DNA from: an uncultured archaeon
GTDB lineage: Archaea > Iainarchaeota > Iainarchaeia > Iainarchaeales > CSSED10-239
Reading direction: 5' to 3'
Assembly (NCBI GenBank): GCA_964496765.1
Contig: CAZCAP010000008.1
Location: 1-32,000 of the forward strand
DNA length: 32,000 nt
Under the pieces are notes generated by a model that worked only from the letters and a program-made list of their open reading frames with translations, searched no databases and was not told the DNA's origin. The position numbers were made by a program, and so were the translations under genes. Below, in pieces: positions 6,942 through 16,845 of the stretch (position 1 is the first letter of the stretch; each line of letters opens with the position of its first letter).

Positions 6942-8834
6942 TTATCTTAGTCTTACACTCTCAAGATTCTGAATGGACATTGTATTAATATGGAACTTCT
7001 TTTGAAGGAACTTACCAAATTCTGGACAAGAATCACCATGATTAACAAGTATGTCCTTTGGTTTTGGATGAAGAGTTGCTATGTAGTTTAATAGTTCCTG
7101 TCTATAGGCATGACCAGAGAATGCATCTGCAGTCTCAATTCTCATATTTACATTCAATGTTTTTGTTTTGTTATTGGAATCTGCTATTGGCATTGATTTT
7201 AGTCCTCTTTGTATCTTGTAACCCAATGAATTTCTTGCTTGGTAACCAACGAATGCAAGAGTGTTGTTTGGATTATCAGCAAGCTCATAGAAGTATCCGA
7301 GAGATGGACCACCAGTTAGCATTCCTGATGATGCAATTATAACTGCTCCCTTTGTGTTAATTACTGCTTCCCTATTATTTTCCACATTGTCAACGGTTTT
7401 GAATAACTTGGATTGGAAAGGTGAGTTGTTTTGTAAGATTCTTGTTTTTATGTTTTGTTTTAAATATTCTGGGTAGACAGTGTGTATTGCTGATGCTTCG
7501 CGTGTCATTCCATCAATGAATACGTTTTCTGTTTTTAGCTTACCATGTCTATAGAATTCTTCAAGAACAAGCATAACCTCCTGAGCACGACCAACAGAGA
7601 AAACAGGAATTAAAGTTATTCCACCCTTGTCTGTTGTTTCATTAATTAAATCAATTAAATCCTGTTCAGATTTCATTCTTGATGGCATAATAAGCTTACC
7701 ACCATAGGTTGATTCAACAATTAGGGTTTCAAGACGAGGATAGCTAGCATCCATGTTATTGAAAAGTCTTGTAAATCCAAACTTAATGTCTCCTGAGTAA
7801 ACTAAATTTAGTTTACCTTCACCTATGTGGAGATGAGCTGAGGCTGAACCAAGAATGTGTGCTGATGAATGGAAGGTTAATCTTATTCCAGGAGCTATGT
7901 CTGTTACTTCTCTAAAGTTTCTTGTAACACAATGTTTAATTGTTTCCTTAACATCCTCTTCATCATATAGTGGTTCTCTTCCACTCTTGACTGAAACATC
8001 AATTGCATCAAACAATAATAGAGCCATCAGGTCTCTTGTGGGCTCTGTACAATAAACTGGGCCCTTGTACCCTGCTTTAAACAAGTAGGGAAGGAAACCA
8101 GTGTGATCAATGTGTGCATGTGTAATAACAACAGCATCAAGCTCATCAAGTGGAAATCTTAGAACCCCAAGGAAAGGAGTTTCTTCCTGCCTATCAGCTT
8201 GATTAATTCCACAGTCCATAAGTATTTTTGTGTCCGGTGTTTCAAGTAGAATTGAACTTCTTCCAACTTCCTGGAAACCACCTAGCGCAGTAACTCTTAC
8301 CCAATCCTTGTTGCTAACTGGGGGAGAATAGATTTTTTTTGCAACCTCTTTTAGGAAGTTTTTTCTTTCCTGACTATACTTTAATGTAAAACCTCTAACC
8401 TTTTTAAGAATTTCAGAAGGCTCTGTTGGAGCTCTTAGTATCTTTGGTATCCATTTTGTTTCTGTGATTATGTCCTTTGAAACCTGACCAAGCTTGCCTA
8501 TTACAACCCCTGGCTTATGAGCTTCAATAACAACCTCAGAGAAAACAGGATCAAAGAAAAGAGATTTAACTCCAGCATCTTCTGGAATTAATTGCTTTAT
8601 TTTTTGTAGAGCTTCAGCAGGATCCATGAGAACAGATTTCTCTGATCTTACGTTAATTCTTTTCTTGAAAGCTTCTGCGATTTCTCCAACAACACTTTTA
8701 TTATCAAAATAGATTTCAGGTGTTGTTGTGTAGATTGCAATCTCACTTCCTTCTGCTTCAACCTTTGTATAGTTTACTTTTTTTTCATCAAGCATTAGCA
8801 TGATTCTTTTTTTTATATCATCAAATATATCCAT
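6942..8834 (-). CDS. aCPSF1, KH-domain beta-CASP ribonuclease
   Basis: 630 aa with KH domain, metallo-beta-lactamase HAHIDHTGFLP, beta-CASP motifs, SGDIKFG, FSAHAYRQEL. Confidence 0.95.
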   Translation of the reverse strand: MDIFDDIKKRIMLMLDEKKVNYTKVEAEGSEIAIYTTTPEIYFDNKSVVGEIAEAFKKRINVRSEKSVLMDPAEALQKIKQLIPEDAGVKSLFFDPVFSEVVIEAHKPGVVIGKLGQVSKDIITETKWIPKILRAPTEPSEILKKVRGFTLKYSQERKNFLKEVAKKIYSPPVSNKDWVRVTALGGFQEVGRSSILLETPDTKILMDCGINQADRQEETPFLGVLRFPLDELDAVVITHAHIDHTGFLPYLFKAGYKGPVYCTEPTRDLMALLLFDAIDVSVKSGREPLYDEEDVKETIKHCVTRNFREVTDIAPGIRLTFHSSAHILGSASAHLHIGEGKLNLVYSGDIKFGFTRLFNNMDASYPRLETLIVESTYGGKLIMPSRMKSEQDLIDLINETTDKGGITLIPVFSVGRAQEVMLVLEEFYRHGKLKTENVFIDGMTREASAIHTVYPEYLKQNIKTRILQNNSPFQSKLFKTVDNVENNREAVINTKGAVIIASSGMLTGGPSLGYFYELADNPNNTLAFVGYQARNSLGYKIQRGLKSMPIADSNNKTKTLNVNMRIETADAFSGHAYRQELLNYIATLHPKPKDILVNHGDSCPEFGKFLQKKFHINTMSIQNLESVRLR

Positions 8835-8966
8835 ATTATTTTCACTTAAATTTTGTTTTATTAGTTACCACTGTAGCTATAACCTTTTATTTTATTGTTT
8901 ACTTAATTAGTTTAGATAATTAACTTATTTTGTTAATTATCCAATTAGAAAAATTGTTTATTAAAT

Positions 8967-9572
8967 TTATTCATATTTTACAACAGGGAGTTCTTCGATC
9001 TCGTTCTTTTTAATAACAACAACCTTAACCCCATCTCCGCCAGAAAAGATATCTCTCTTCTTTGCAGCATTAATTGCACTAACTGCAATCTTAATAGCTT
9101 CCTGTGTGCTTAGGTTTTCTTTATAGTTTGCATCAATGGTTGATAGTGCAAGTTCTGTTCCTGAACCTGATGCAGTATATTTCTTTTCTTCAATTATTCC
9201 ACCAGCAAGATCAAGAGAATACATTGTAAACCCATCAGCGCTTCCTGCAAGAATGAATTGAGTATAGAAGGGCATCATCTTGTTTGAGTTTAGAATGTTT
9301 GATAAAAGAGTACCGCATGCTTTTGTGCTCATGCTTCTCTTGTGCTCAAGCTCATAGAGGTTTGCTTGGACCTTTAGATGTCTAACAAGAACAAGGGAAT
9401 CTCCAACCCCACCAGCAATTGTCATTGCAATGTAGTTGTTTATCTTGTATATCTTTGTAACATCAGTGTTTGATGCAAGACTACCCATTGTTCCTTTCAT
9501 GTCCGCAGCAAGAACTATTGCGTCCTTAGCAATTATTCCAACTGTGGTTGTTCCTGTTTTATAACTATCCAA
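8967..9572 (-). CDS. psmB: Proteasome beta subunit
   Basis: Short propeptide MDSYKTG followed by catalytic-Thr start TTTVGIIAKDAIVLAADMKGTMG and SGSGTELA. Confidence 0.95.
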   Translation of the reverse strand: MDSYKTGTTTVGIIAKDAIVLAADMKGTMGSLASNTDVTKIYKINNYIAMTIAGGVGDSLVLVRHLKVQANLYELEHKRSMSTKACGTLLSNILNSNKMMPFYTQFILAGSADGFTMYSLDLAGGIIEEKKYTASGSGTELALSTIDANYKENLSTQEAIKIAVSAINAAKKRDIFSGGDGVKVVVIKKNEIEELPVVKYE

Positions 9573-9590
9573 AGCAATTCACCTTTTAGT

Positions 9591-10277
9591 TTATTTGTTT
9601 TCCTTTCTTAAAAAAGTTTGTGAGAATTTAATCTTATTTAATTTAGTTGAAGTAAGAACCATTTCTGCAAATAATTCTTTGAAGTAATCAAACTCCTTTG
9701 GTAATCCAATTGGAAGTTCAATCTCAATTAATTTTTCTGCATCTATTATTTGGTATTTTAGATGTTCTGGTTTCATGAAATAGAATACTTTTTGAACAAT
9801 GATTGGTATTTTCTCATTATCTTCCTTATATATTTTATTTACTGTGATTGTGTATTCTAGGTTTCTACCAGCAAAGATTGGATTGAAATCAACCTTAACT
9901 CTTCCACCAGAAACAGAAATAACTTTTCCTGATTGGTTACCAATTGTTACCTGCATACCTGGTTCTGGTTTTATCTTATCTTCTTTAAAATCATTTAGAG
10001 GAACTATTTTTGTGTTGTTTGGATTTCTGTCTCCAAAAGCATCCTTTTTCAATAGAACAAAGGTATGTGTTTTTCCTGCTTCAACCTCTTTTATCTTGTC
10101 TTCAACAGCAGGAAGAAGTTCATTTGTTCCAAAAACAGCTCTAATTGGTTTATAATCTGCTTTTACATTAAGATCATTTTCCTTTGCAAACTTTTCAAAG
10201 GTTGTATCCAGTAGTTCCTTTGAATCATTATCTTTTAAAATTAAGTCAATCTCTATTATATCGCCTTTTGTTATCAT
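9591..10277 (-). CDS. FKBP-type (SlyD-like) peptidyl-prolyl cis-trans isomerase
   Basis: 228 aa: MITKGDIIEIDLILKDNDSKELLDTT...PIRAVFGTNELLPAVEDKIKEVEAGKTHTFVLLKKDAFGDRN...NPIFAGRNLEYTITV. Confidence 0.88.
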   Translation of the reverse strand: MITKGDIIEIDLILKDNDSKELLDTTFEKFAKENDLNVKADYKPIRAVFGTNELLPAVEDKIKEVEAGKTHTFVLLKKDAFGDRNPNNTKIVPLNDFKEDKIKPEPGMQVTIGNQSGKVISVSGGRVKVDFNPIFAGRNLEYTITVNKIYKEDNEKIPIIVQKVFYFMKPEHLKYQIIDAEKLIEIELPIGLPKEFDYFKELFAEMVLTSTKLNKIKFSQTFLRKENK

Positions 10278-10387
10278 TTTCTATCATTTCCTTTTTATTT
10301 AATTATAAACCTCTTAAACCTAAAGAGTAGATATAAAAGTTAAACTAGTATCATAAAATTAGAATTTTAATAATATATTTAGGAAAC

Positions 10388-10437
10388 AAATAGCTTAAAA
10401 AGCTATCCCTAGACCTGAAAATACAAATAATTAGGGG
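10388..10437 (-). terminator. Candidate 3'-end hairpin region downstream of the Bro-N gene
   Basis: Perfect inverted repeat ATAGCTT-aaa-AAGCTAT (10390..10406) next to a weaker CCCTA...TAGGG pairing, followed on the minus strand by a T-rich tract. Confidence 0.35.
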
Positions 10438-10473
10438 TTATTTAGAGACGTATATCCTTTTTTGAAGAAGGTA

Positions 10474-11322
10474 TTAGTGTTTTTCTATTCTTTTTCTGTT
10501 TGTTAGATCAAACCTATTCTCCTTTGAAACAACCTTCTTTTTAATTATTGATTCTAGCTCCTTTCTTGCATTTCCAGAAACTGTTCCACCATCATTTGCA
10601 TCTTTCTTAAGATTTGGAAAATCCTTTGAATCTCTTTCTTTTGTTATTTCTTTTGTGCTTAGTTCTCCAAGCATTGTAAAAACAAGTTCCACATCAGTCA
10701 TATTATCCCTTATATTTTGGTTTTTAAACCTAGGATCTAAGTTTTTTATTATTTTATGTTCTTTTGTGGTTACATCAAAAGTGGCTTTTGAGATTTCATC
10801 AGTTAATATCGCATAATCCTTACTTTTCTTAATTCCTCTTTTGTTCCATTCATCAGTTAAGTCTAATCTAATTATTGTTCCTCTTATTCTTTTTGCAATC
10901 CAGTCTTCTGAGTATCCTTTGATTTCATAATACCTTTTTGCTCTTGAATATAATAATTCAGGATTTTCAATCTCCTGTATTCTCTCATAACCTGTTTTTG
11001 CTAGCCATAATTTAAATGGTTCTGCTTTCTTAGATGGAATTGATTGAATAATTCTAAATAGGCCTTCTGTGTTTGAACAATCTGTTTCTCTTAATTTACC
11101 ATCTTCTGCAAATAATTTCAACTGTACGATTTTATCGTACTGTTCAATGCCTCCCTCTTCCTTAATCTTGATTTTTAGATCTGACCAATACCTTCTTGGC
11201 TCTGAACTTTCAGTTAATGCACCAACCACATCAACAACTGAAAACCACCATTCTTCATTATACCATGTTCTTCTAATTCTTTTTGTTTCAAAAACAGCTA
11301 TTGCATTTTCCTTATCTCTCAC
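10474..11322 (-). CDS. Bro-N family protein (antirepressor / DNA-damage-inducible DinD-like)
   Basis: RIRRTWYNEEWWFSVVDVVGALTESSEPRRYWSDLKIKI...KLFAEDGKLRETDCSNTEGLFRIIQSIPSKKAEPFKLWLAKTGYERIQE. The ORF track starts at 11412, but GTG at 11322 preceded by aGGTGA is a more likely start. Confidence 0.85.
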   Translation of the reverse strand: MRDKENAIAVFETKRIRRTWYNEEWWFSVVDVVGALTESSEPRRYWSDLKIKIKEEGGIEQYDKIVQLKLFAEDGKLRETDCSNTEGLFRIIQSIPSKKAEPFKLWLAKTGYERIQEIENPELLYSRAKRYYEIKGYSEDWIAKRIRGTIIRLDLTDEWNKRGIKKSKDYAILTDEISKATFDVTTKEHKIIKNLDPRFKNQNIRDNMTDVELVFTMLGELSTKEITKERDSKDFPNLKKDANDGGTVSGNARKELESIIKKKVVSKENRFDLTNRKRIEKH

Positions 11323-11372
11323 TTCACTCACCTCTCCATATATATTATGTTTTAGGAATGTATATCTTTTTT

Positions 11373-11396
11373 GGAGGGGGTGCGTGTCCAAGCAAA
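11373..11396 (-). promoter_or_regulatory. 24-nt upstream element, copy 2 (minus strand TTTGCTTGGACACGCACCCCCTCC), upstream of TATA-like GATATACAT
   Basis: Matches 1178..1201 at 21/24; lies in the divergent bro-N/hel308 intergenic region. Confidence 0.55.
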
Positions 11397-11457
11397 TTAG
11401 GTTAAAACACATAAAAAACCATAATAATATATTAAGTTACATAAATATATATGTTAT

Positions 11458-13674
11458 ATGAATAATAATGAAATAATAGAGAAGATACTTGAAATTAATG
11501 AATATTCTTCTCTAAACCCAGTTCAGGAGAAGGCATCAAAGCACATTGGTGAAAGTTTAATTGTGTGTTCTCCAACAGCTTCTGGAAAAACAACTATTTT
11601 TGAACTATACTTACTTGATACAATCATAAATAGAAAGAAAAAAGTAGTTTACATCTCTCCTCTCAGGGCATTAACAAGTGAACATTATTTTGAAACTAGG
11701 AGAAAGTTCGCAAAGGAATTTGATTTAAAAATAGGATTATCAACAGGTGATCTTGATGAGTCTGTTAAGCACTTAGAGGGATATGATGTTCTTTTCCTAA
11801 CCTATGAAAAGTTTGATTCAATTATTCGTCATTCTCCCACATGGTTATCAGAAGTTGGATTATTAACCATTGATGAGATTCACGAAATTGGATCTGATAG
11901 GGGATCAACCCTTGAGGTTCTTTTAACACAGGTGAAAATAAATTATCCAGATATTAAGATGCTGGGGTTATCAGCAACCATTGGAAACCCTAATGAGGTT
12001 GCTTCATGGTTATCAGCTAAACTAATAAGATCAGACTATAGGCCAGTTCCTCTTGAAGTGGGAGTGCTCTATGATAATAAGCTTTATTTTGGAGAGCAAG
12101 TAATCAAGCTTGAGAACATTAAGAAGGATCATTCTCTTAATGGAATAATTAAAGATACATTAATTAAACAGAAACAAATAATTGTTTTTTGTAATTCAAG
12201 AAAAAGCACAATATCCTTATCAGAAAAATATTCAAGAGAGGTTTATTCTTTATTAAAGAATGAAGAAAAAGAAAAATTAAAAATGGTTTCAAGAAACGCG
12301 CTCTCTGCTCTCGAATCACCAACCAAGCAATGCTCTCTTCTTTCAAATGTTCTATCTTTTGGGGTTTGCTTTCATCATGCAGGACTTGTTTCAAAGCAAA
12401 GGCACCTAATTGAAGATGAATTTAAGAAAGGAAATATTAAAATTATATTTGCAACCCCTACTCTTGCTGCTGGAATAAATCTTCCTGCTTTTAGGGTTGT
12501 TATTAATTCAATCTATAGATTTAACTTAACTGGATCTGCACCTTTAGCTGTTAATGAGATTATGCAAATGGTTGGAAGAGCAGGCAGACCAAGATATGAT
12601 AAATCTGGGGAAGCATTAATTGTTGCAACAAAGGAAACGGACATAAATAAAATCTATGGATCATATATTAACGCAGAACCAACTAACATTGATTCACAAT
12701 TATCTAAAATAAACAAACTAAGAGCACAATTGTTATCAATAATTATTACAAACAATATAGAAAGCATAGATGATATTAATAAATTTATTTCAAAAACATT
12801 TTATTATAAGATATTTGGATCAACAAGCGAGATTAAGGAAAACATTAGAGATATAGTTAATGAATTTATTGAATATGGGTTTGTTGAAAAAAAAGAAAAA
12901 AACAAAATCAGAATAACTGATCTTGGAAAAAAAGTATCTTTGCTTTATCTTGATCCAACCTCTGCTCATAGAATCATTGAGGATCTTGAAATTAAACAGG
13001 AAAAGCTTGAAAAGATAAATGATTTATCTCTATTGTTAACTCTTCTTAACACAACTGAGCTCTCTCCCTATCTTAATTACAAGGATGATAAGGAGGATAA
13101 TTTGTTTACAATGTTTGAAGAACTAAAGCAAACAATCTTTTTTGATTATGAAGATATTTACCTTCTTTCAAAGCTTTATGAAGCAAAGATGTTAAAGGAT
13201 TGGATAAATGAAGTTTCTGAGGATAAGATAATTGATGAATACAACACATCTCCTGGACAAATAAGAGACATATTAACAAGAAGTGAATGGATTATTCATT
13301 GTATATTGGAGTTGTGCAAGTTTACTGGAAAGAATATTCATTTATTTAAGATGTTTAAAGATTTGAAATTAAGATTAAAGTATGGAATCTCACAGGAATT
13401 AGTTTCTCTAGTAGAATTAAAAAATATTGGAAGAGTAAGAGCAAGAGCATTATTTTCAAGAGGAATGAAAACATCAAATGATATTAGAAAGGATCCAGAT
13501 AAGTTCATATCAATTGTTGGAAGACCAGGTCTTATTACACTCGAAGAACTAAAGATAGAATACAGGAAAGAAGTGAAAGAACAAAAAGAAGAAGTTGTTT
13601 CAAAACCAATTGAAAAAAAAAAAGATAAAAAAGAAGAAAGCTATAAAAAACAAACTTCTCTTAAAGATTATTAG
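11458..13674 (+). CDS. hel308: Hel308 family DNA helicase
   Basis: 738 aa SF2 helicase: NPVQEKASKHIGESLIVCSPTASGKTTIFEL, LTIDEIHEIG, FATPTLAAGINLPAFRVVI, EIMQMVGRAGRPRYDKSGEA, C-terminal helix-hairpin-helix LKNIGRVRARALFSRG. Confidence 0.95.
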   Translation: MNNNEIIEKILEINEYSSLNPVQEKASKHIGESLIVCSPTASGKTTIFELYLLDTIINRKKKVVYISPLRALTSEHYFETRRKFAKEFDLKIGLSTGDLDESVKHLEGYDVLFLTYEKFDSIIRHSPTWLSEVGLLTIDEIHEIGSDRGSTLEVLLTQVKINYPDIKMLGLSATIGNPNEVASWLSAKLIRSDYRPVPLEVGVLYDNKLYFGEQVIKLENIKKDHSLNGIIKDTLIKQKQIIVFCNSRKSTISLSEKYSREVYSLLKNEEKEKLKMVSRNALSALESPTKQCSLLSNVLSFGVCFHHAGLVSKQRHLIEDEFKKGNIKIIFATPTLAAGINLPAFRVVINSIYRFNLTGSAPLAVNEIMQMVGRAGRPRYDKSGEALIVATKETDINKIYGSYINAEPTNIDSQLSKINKLRAQLLSIIITNNIESIDDINKFISKTFYYKIFGSTSEIKENIRDIVNEFIEYGFVEKKEKNKIRITDLGKKVSLLYLDPTSAHRIIEDLEIKQEKLEKINDLSLLLTLLNTTELSPYLNYKDDKEDNLFTMFEELKQTIFFDYEDIYLLSKLYEAKMLKDWINEVSEDKIIDEYNTSPGQIRDILTRSEWIIHCILELCKFTGKNIHLFKMFKDLKLRLKYGISQELVSLVELKNIGRVRARALFSRGMKTSNDIRKDPDKFISIVGRPGLITLEELKIEYRKEVKEQKEEVVSKPIEKKKDKKEESYKKQTSLKDY

Positions 13675-13686
13675 GAAAAGAATATT

Positions 13687-13758
13687 GCAGCTATAGTCTA
13701 GTGGTTAGGATGTAAGCTTCCCAAGCTTGAGACCCGAGTTCGAATCTCGGTAGCTGCA
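13687..13758 (+). tRNA. tRNA-Gly(CCC)
   Basis: Acceptor GCAGCTA/TAGCTGC, A73, anticodon arm TAAGC-TTCCCAA-GCTTG, T arm CCGAG-TTCGAAT-CTCGG. Confidence 0.95.
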
Positions 13759-13787
13759 CGTTGTGTTTAGAATCAATGGTAATTATC

Positions 13788-14354
13788 ATGGAACTTGGAA
13801 AAACATTATATGTTACGACCAGACAGGAATGGCGAGCATGGCTTGCAAAAAACCATAACAAGAAAAATGAACTTTGGTTGGTGTACTATAGAAAATCTTC
13901 TGGTAAATCACGAATTCCATATAATGTTGCTGTAGAAGAAGCACTCTGTTATGGTTGGATTGATAGTATAATTAAAAAAGTTGATGAAAACTCGTTTGCA
14001 CAGAGATTCACTCCAAGGAAACCAACAAGTCAACTTTCTGAACTAAACAAAGAAAGGATTAAAAGGCTAATTAAACAAAATCAAATGACACCCATGGGAT
14101 TAAAAGCAATACAGCACGCATTTAATCCAAAAAAAGAAAAAAAGTTTATTGTTCCAAAACAAATACTTGCAGAAATAAAAAAAGAACCAGATGCATGGAA
14201 AAACTTTCAAAAAATGCCTCTCTGGTATAAAAAAATAAGAATAAGCTATATTGGATCTAGTGAACAGCAAGAAAAGAAAATATTTGAAAAAAGACTAAAT
14301 TACTTTATAAAAATGACAGGAAAAAATAAAAGATTTGGTTTCTTAAAAGACTAA
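13788..14354 (+). CDS. YdeI/OmpD-associated family protein
   Basis: ELGKTLYVTTRQEWRAWLAKNHNKKNELWLVYYRKSSGKSRIPYNVAVEEALCYGWIDSIIKKVDENSFAQRFTPRKPTSQLSELNKER. Start moved inward from 13761 to MELGK (inference). Confidence 0.88.
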   Translation: MELGKTLYVTTRQEWRAWLAKNHNKKNELWLVYYRKSSGKSRIPYNVAVEEALCYGWIDSIIKKVDENSFAQRFTPRKPTSQLSELNKERIKRLIKQNQMTPMGLKAIQHAFNPKKEKKFIVPKQILAEIKKEPDAWKNFQKMPLWYKKIRISYIGSSEQQEKKIFEKRLNYFIKMTGKNKRFGFLKD

Positions 14355-14365
14355 AAATAAATCAA

Positions 14366-15148
14366 TTACAATCTTTTTATAAATATTTTTTCTGTTAATA
14401 TTTTGCTATCAAATTGATGTTCAAATTGAAATCCTCTTTTTTTAAAAGCTACTTTGACTTCATCATAAAACTTATTTAATTTTTTTCTAAAAATGATTGT
14501 TCGAAGATAATCAAATGGTTCAGTTAAAGTTAAGTCGGTTTTTGTAAATGTAATAAAAGCGCAACCTTCTTTGTTTAATGAATATGCGGTTTTTAAAAGC
14601 ACATTTTTTTTAAGTTCATCTAGTGTATACTGAAAACCACCATATGTTGAAAAAATAAGGTCTTGCTTTTTATCAGGAACAATACTTTTTGTTCCATTTT
14701 CATATTTCATTCTTTCAATTGGATTAACAATAATATGATCAATGTTTTTTGTTGAAGATAACTTCGTATCACTTGGATCAATAGTAATTCCAGTGGTTTC
14801 AACAATGTATTTGGATTGCAATTCTTTTTTTATTTCCTGTAGAAATTTACCTTCCCCAAGCCCTTCATCCATGATACGTAGTTTTTTGTGTTTAAAATTA
14901 GCATTTATGAATTCAATTAAATTTTTTTCTTTAAATAAGGATTTAAATATATAATTATATTCTTGCAATCCCTTGTTCTTATTCCATTTAAGTGGTTTAA
15001 ACCCATCACCAGGAATATATCTTTTTCTAATCTTTGCATTGTATTTTACATATTTTTTTCTAATTTCTTGTGTACGTAATTTTTTATAGATTTCTCTAAC
15101 TTGTAATTCTGCCATCCCTCCCTTAGGAATTTTTTTAATAAGCACCAT
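14366..15148 (-). CDS. Putative SAM-dependent methyltransferase-like protein
   Basis: Glycine-rich motif LRIMDEGLGEGKFLQEIKKEL followed by acidic strand TTGITIDPSD and QDLIFSTYGGFQYTLD. Confidence 0.5.
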   Translation of the reverse strand: MVLIKKIPKGGMAELQVREIYKKLRTQEIRKKYVKYNAKIRKRYIPGDGFKPLKWNKNKGLQEYNYIFKSLFKEKNLIEFINANFKHKKLRIMDEGLGEGKFLQEIKKELQSKYIVETTGITIDPSDTKLSSTKNIDHIIVNPIERMKYENGTKSIVPDKKQDLIFSTYGGFQYTLDELKKNVLLKTAYSLNKEGCAFITFTKTDLTLTEPFDYLRTIIFRKKLNKFYDEVKVAFKKRGFQFEHQFDSKILTEKIFIKRL

Positions 15149-15259
15149 ACACTATCAACCTATATATATTACGTTATCTAATGATTTAAAAACAAATCTT
15201 TCTAATTGAATTAATTTAAATTATATATTTTCACAACTTAAAAAAGAAAATAGATTAAC

Positions 15260-15529
15260 CTATTTTCTTAGTTTTGAAGCAAATCTTGCCCTAGCCTTTT
15301 TTTCTGAGAGCTTGTTAGCTTTCTCAGTTAATGAGGCCATCTTAATGGTTACCCACACAGCAATCACGGTTACAAGCACAGCATAAAAGATCATTGCAAA
15401 TAAACCACTTGCGGCTCCAAATACTCTTTTGAATATTTCTTGTATGGCTGTGTTCCATGCAAGTGCAGCAACCAATCCAAACGCAGCAATAATTAATGCG
15501 TTTAATTTTTCTAAAACTTCTTTATTCAT
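15260..15529 (-). CDS. DUF5654-like small membrane protein
   Basis: 89 aa: KLNALIIAAFGLVAALAWNTAIQEIFKRVFG...two TM segments. Confidence 0.7.
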   Translation of the reverse strand: MNKEVLEKLNALIIAAFGLVAALAWNTAIQEIFKRVFGAASGLFAMIFYAVLVTVIAVWVTIKMASLTEKANKLSEKKARARFASKLRK

Positions 15530-15559
15530 GTTTACCTATCTCCTTTTATTAAATTTAAT

Positions 15560-16825
15560 TTATCCAATGTTTTCCTGCTTGATTAATTCTCTTAGAAGAA
15601 CAGTAGCATAGTTTCCTTTTGATAATGTAAATGAAATTATAAGTTTTTTATATCCTTCTTCTAGATGTCTCTCATCATCACCTATTTCAATTAGCTTTAA
15701 TTGGTGGGCTTCTGTTTTAATATCCCGGTATTCTCCTTTGCTTGAGAGAACTGAATAATCTCGATTATAAAAATCATCAAACATTATTCCTTCTTTTGTG
15801 AGAAGCTCTTTTTCTAGTTCTCCTGCAAGACCTTCTGAAAAGGTTGATTGAAATCCAAACAAAGGTAATTGAACAGAACCATTTACTATCCTATCTCCAT
15901 CAATTGGATTAAGCCCATATCCTCTATCTAATCTCATGTTTATTAGTTCATTGAAAAGATAGGATTGATAGGCATGTATGAAAAGATATTGAACTGCTTT
16001 TGGAAGAACCTGGATTGCTCCTAAATAATCATCAGGGTTCTTTGCTAAATGATTAAGCATTGCTGATTCATAACCAAAGGATGCAGGAAAGGATGATGCA
16101 TGGTGGCCGAAATCAAGATCTTCCTTGAGAGCAGATCTTGCTGCCTTGATATCTTCGGTTTCAAAATCATTTGTTTCTGTTAAATATAAGATGATTCCTT
16201 CTTTGAATTTGCTTTTCATGAAAAGCTTGCCTACTCTGTGAGTTATTTCTCTTGTTCCTCCAAACCTTTGTTCTCCAAAATAATTAATTAATCCATTTTT
16301 TTGGATTTGGGAGATGCATTCTTCTGTGATTGTTCTTATTTCTTCTTCAGCTAAATTTTTAATTTGTCTAATTGTAACAACAAATTTATTTTCCTTTAAA
16401 TCTCCAATATCTATTCTTTTTTTGGACCAGGTTGGATCATAAACCTTAATTGTTTTAAAATAGAATTTTTTTAAACGTTCAAGACTTGGTTCAAAGATGG
16501 ATATTCTTTGACTAGTTAATGCTCTCTTGTCCTTCAACCCAGCATAGCCAATTCTTTTCTTACTTGTGTGAAGAAATCTTGACATTTGAGAAATAGCAAC
16601 AGTTGTTGCAAGATTATTTTTTTCTAAAGTTAGATGAAGATAGTCTTCTTTATCTTGCTTTTCTGAAAAAACCTTATCCCAATCAAGCTCTGGGAGAAGT
16701 TTATCAGGAAGATATTTAACTTCAGTTATATAGTTTTCTCCAATTTCAGAAACAATAAAGTCTTCAGATATTTCTTTTATTCTTCCATTGATTGGAGAAG
16801 TGGTTGTTATGTATTTAAATTCCAT
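15560..16825 (-). CDS. truD: tRNA pseudouridine synthase TruD
   Basis: 421 aa: GYAGLKDKRALTSQRISI, NYFGEQRFGG, LFIHAYQSYLFNELINMR. Confidence 0.93.
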   Translation of the reverse strand: MEFKYITTTSPINGRIKEISEDFIVSEIGENYITEVKYLPDKLLPELDWDKVFSEKQDKEDYLHLTLEKNNLATTVAISQMSRFLHTSKKRIGYAGLKDKRALTSQRISIFEPSLERLKKFYFKTIKVYDPTWSKKRIDIGDLKENKFVVTIRQIKNLAEEEIRTITEECISQIQKNGLINYFGEQRFGGTREITHRVGKLFMKSKFKEGIILYLTETNDFETEDIKAARSALKEDLDFGHHASSFPASFGYESAMLNHLAKNPDDYLGAIQVLPKAVQYLFIHAYQSYLFNELINMRLDRGYGLNPIDGDRIVNGSVQLPLFGFQSTFSEGLAGELEKELLTKEGIMFDDFYNRDYSVLSSKGEYRDIKTEAHQLKLIEIGDDERHLEEGYKKLIISFTLSKGNYATVLLRELIKQENIG

Positions 16826-16845
16826 GAGTTATCGATTCTTTTAGT

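Noticed and set aside
11323-11412. N-terminal extension of the Bro-N ORF (MCFNLICLDTHPLQKRYTF...)
   Set aside because: Spans a TATA-like sequence and the shared upstream element; GTG 11322 with a nearby GGTGA is a better start, although homology comparison is needed.
11069-11461. Plus-strand 130-aa ORF
   Set aside because: Antisense to bro-N and crosses the divergent promoter region; no conserved features.
11458-13674. Possible intein in hel308
   Set aside because: Length (738 aa) and continuous helicase motifs are normal for Hel308; no Hint or LAGLIDADG blocks.
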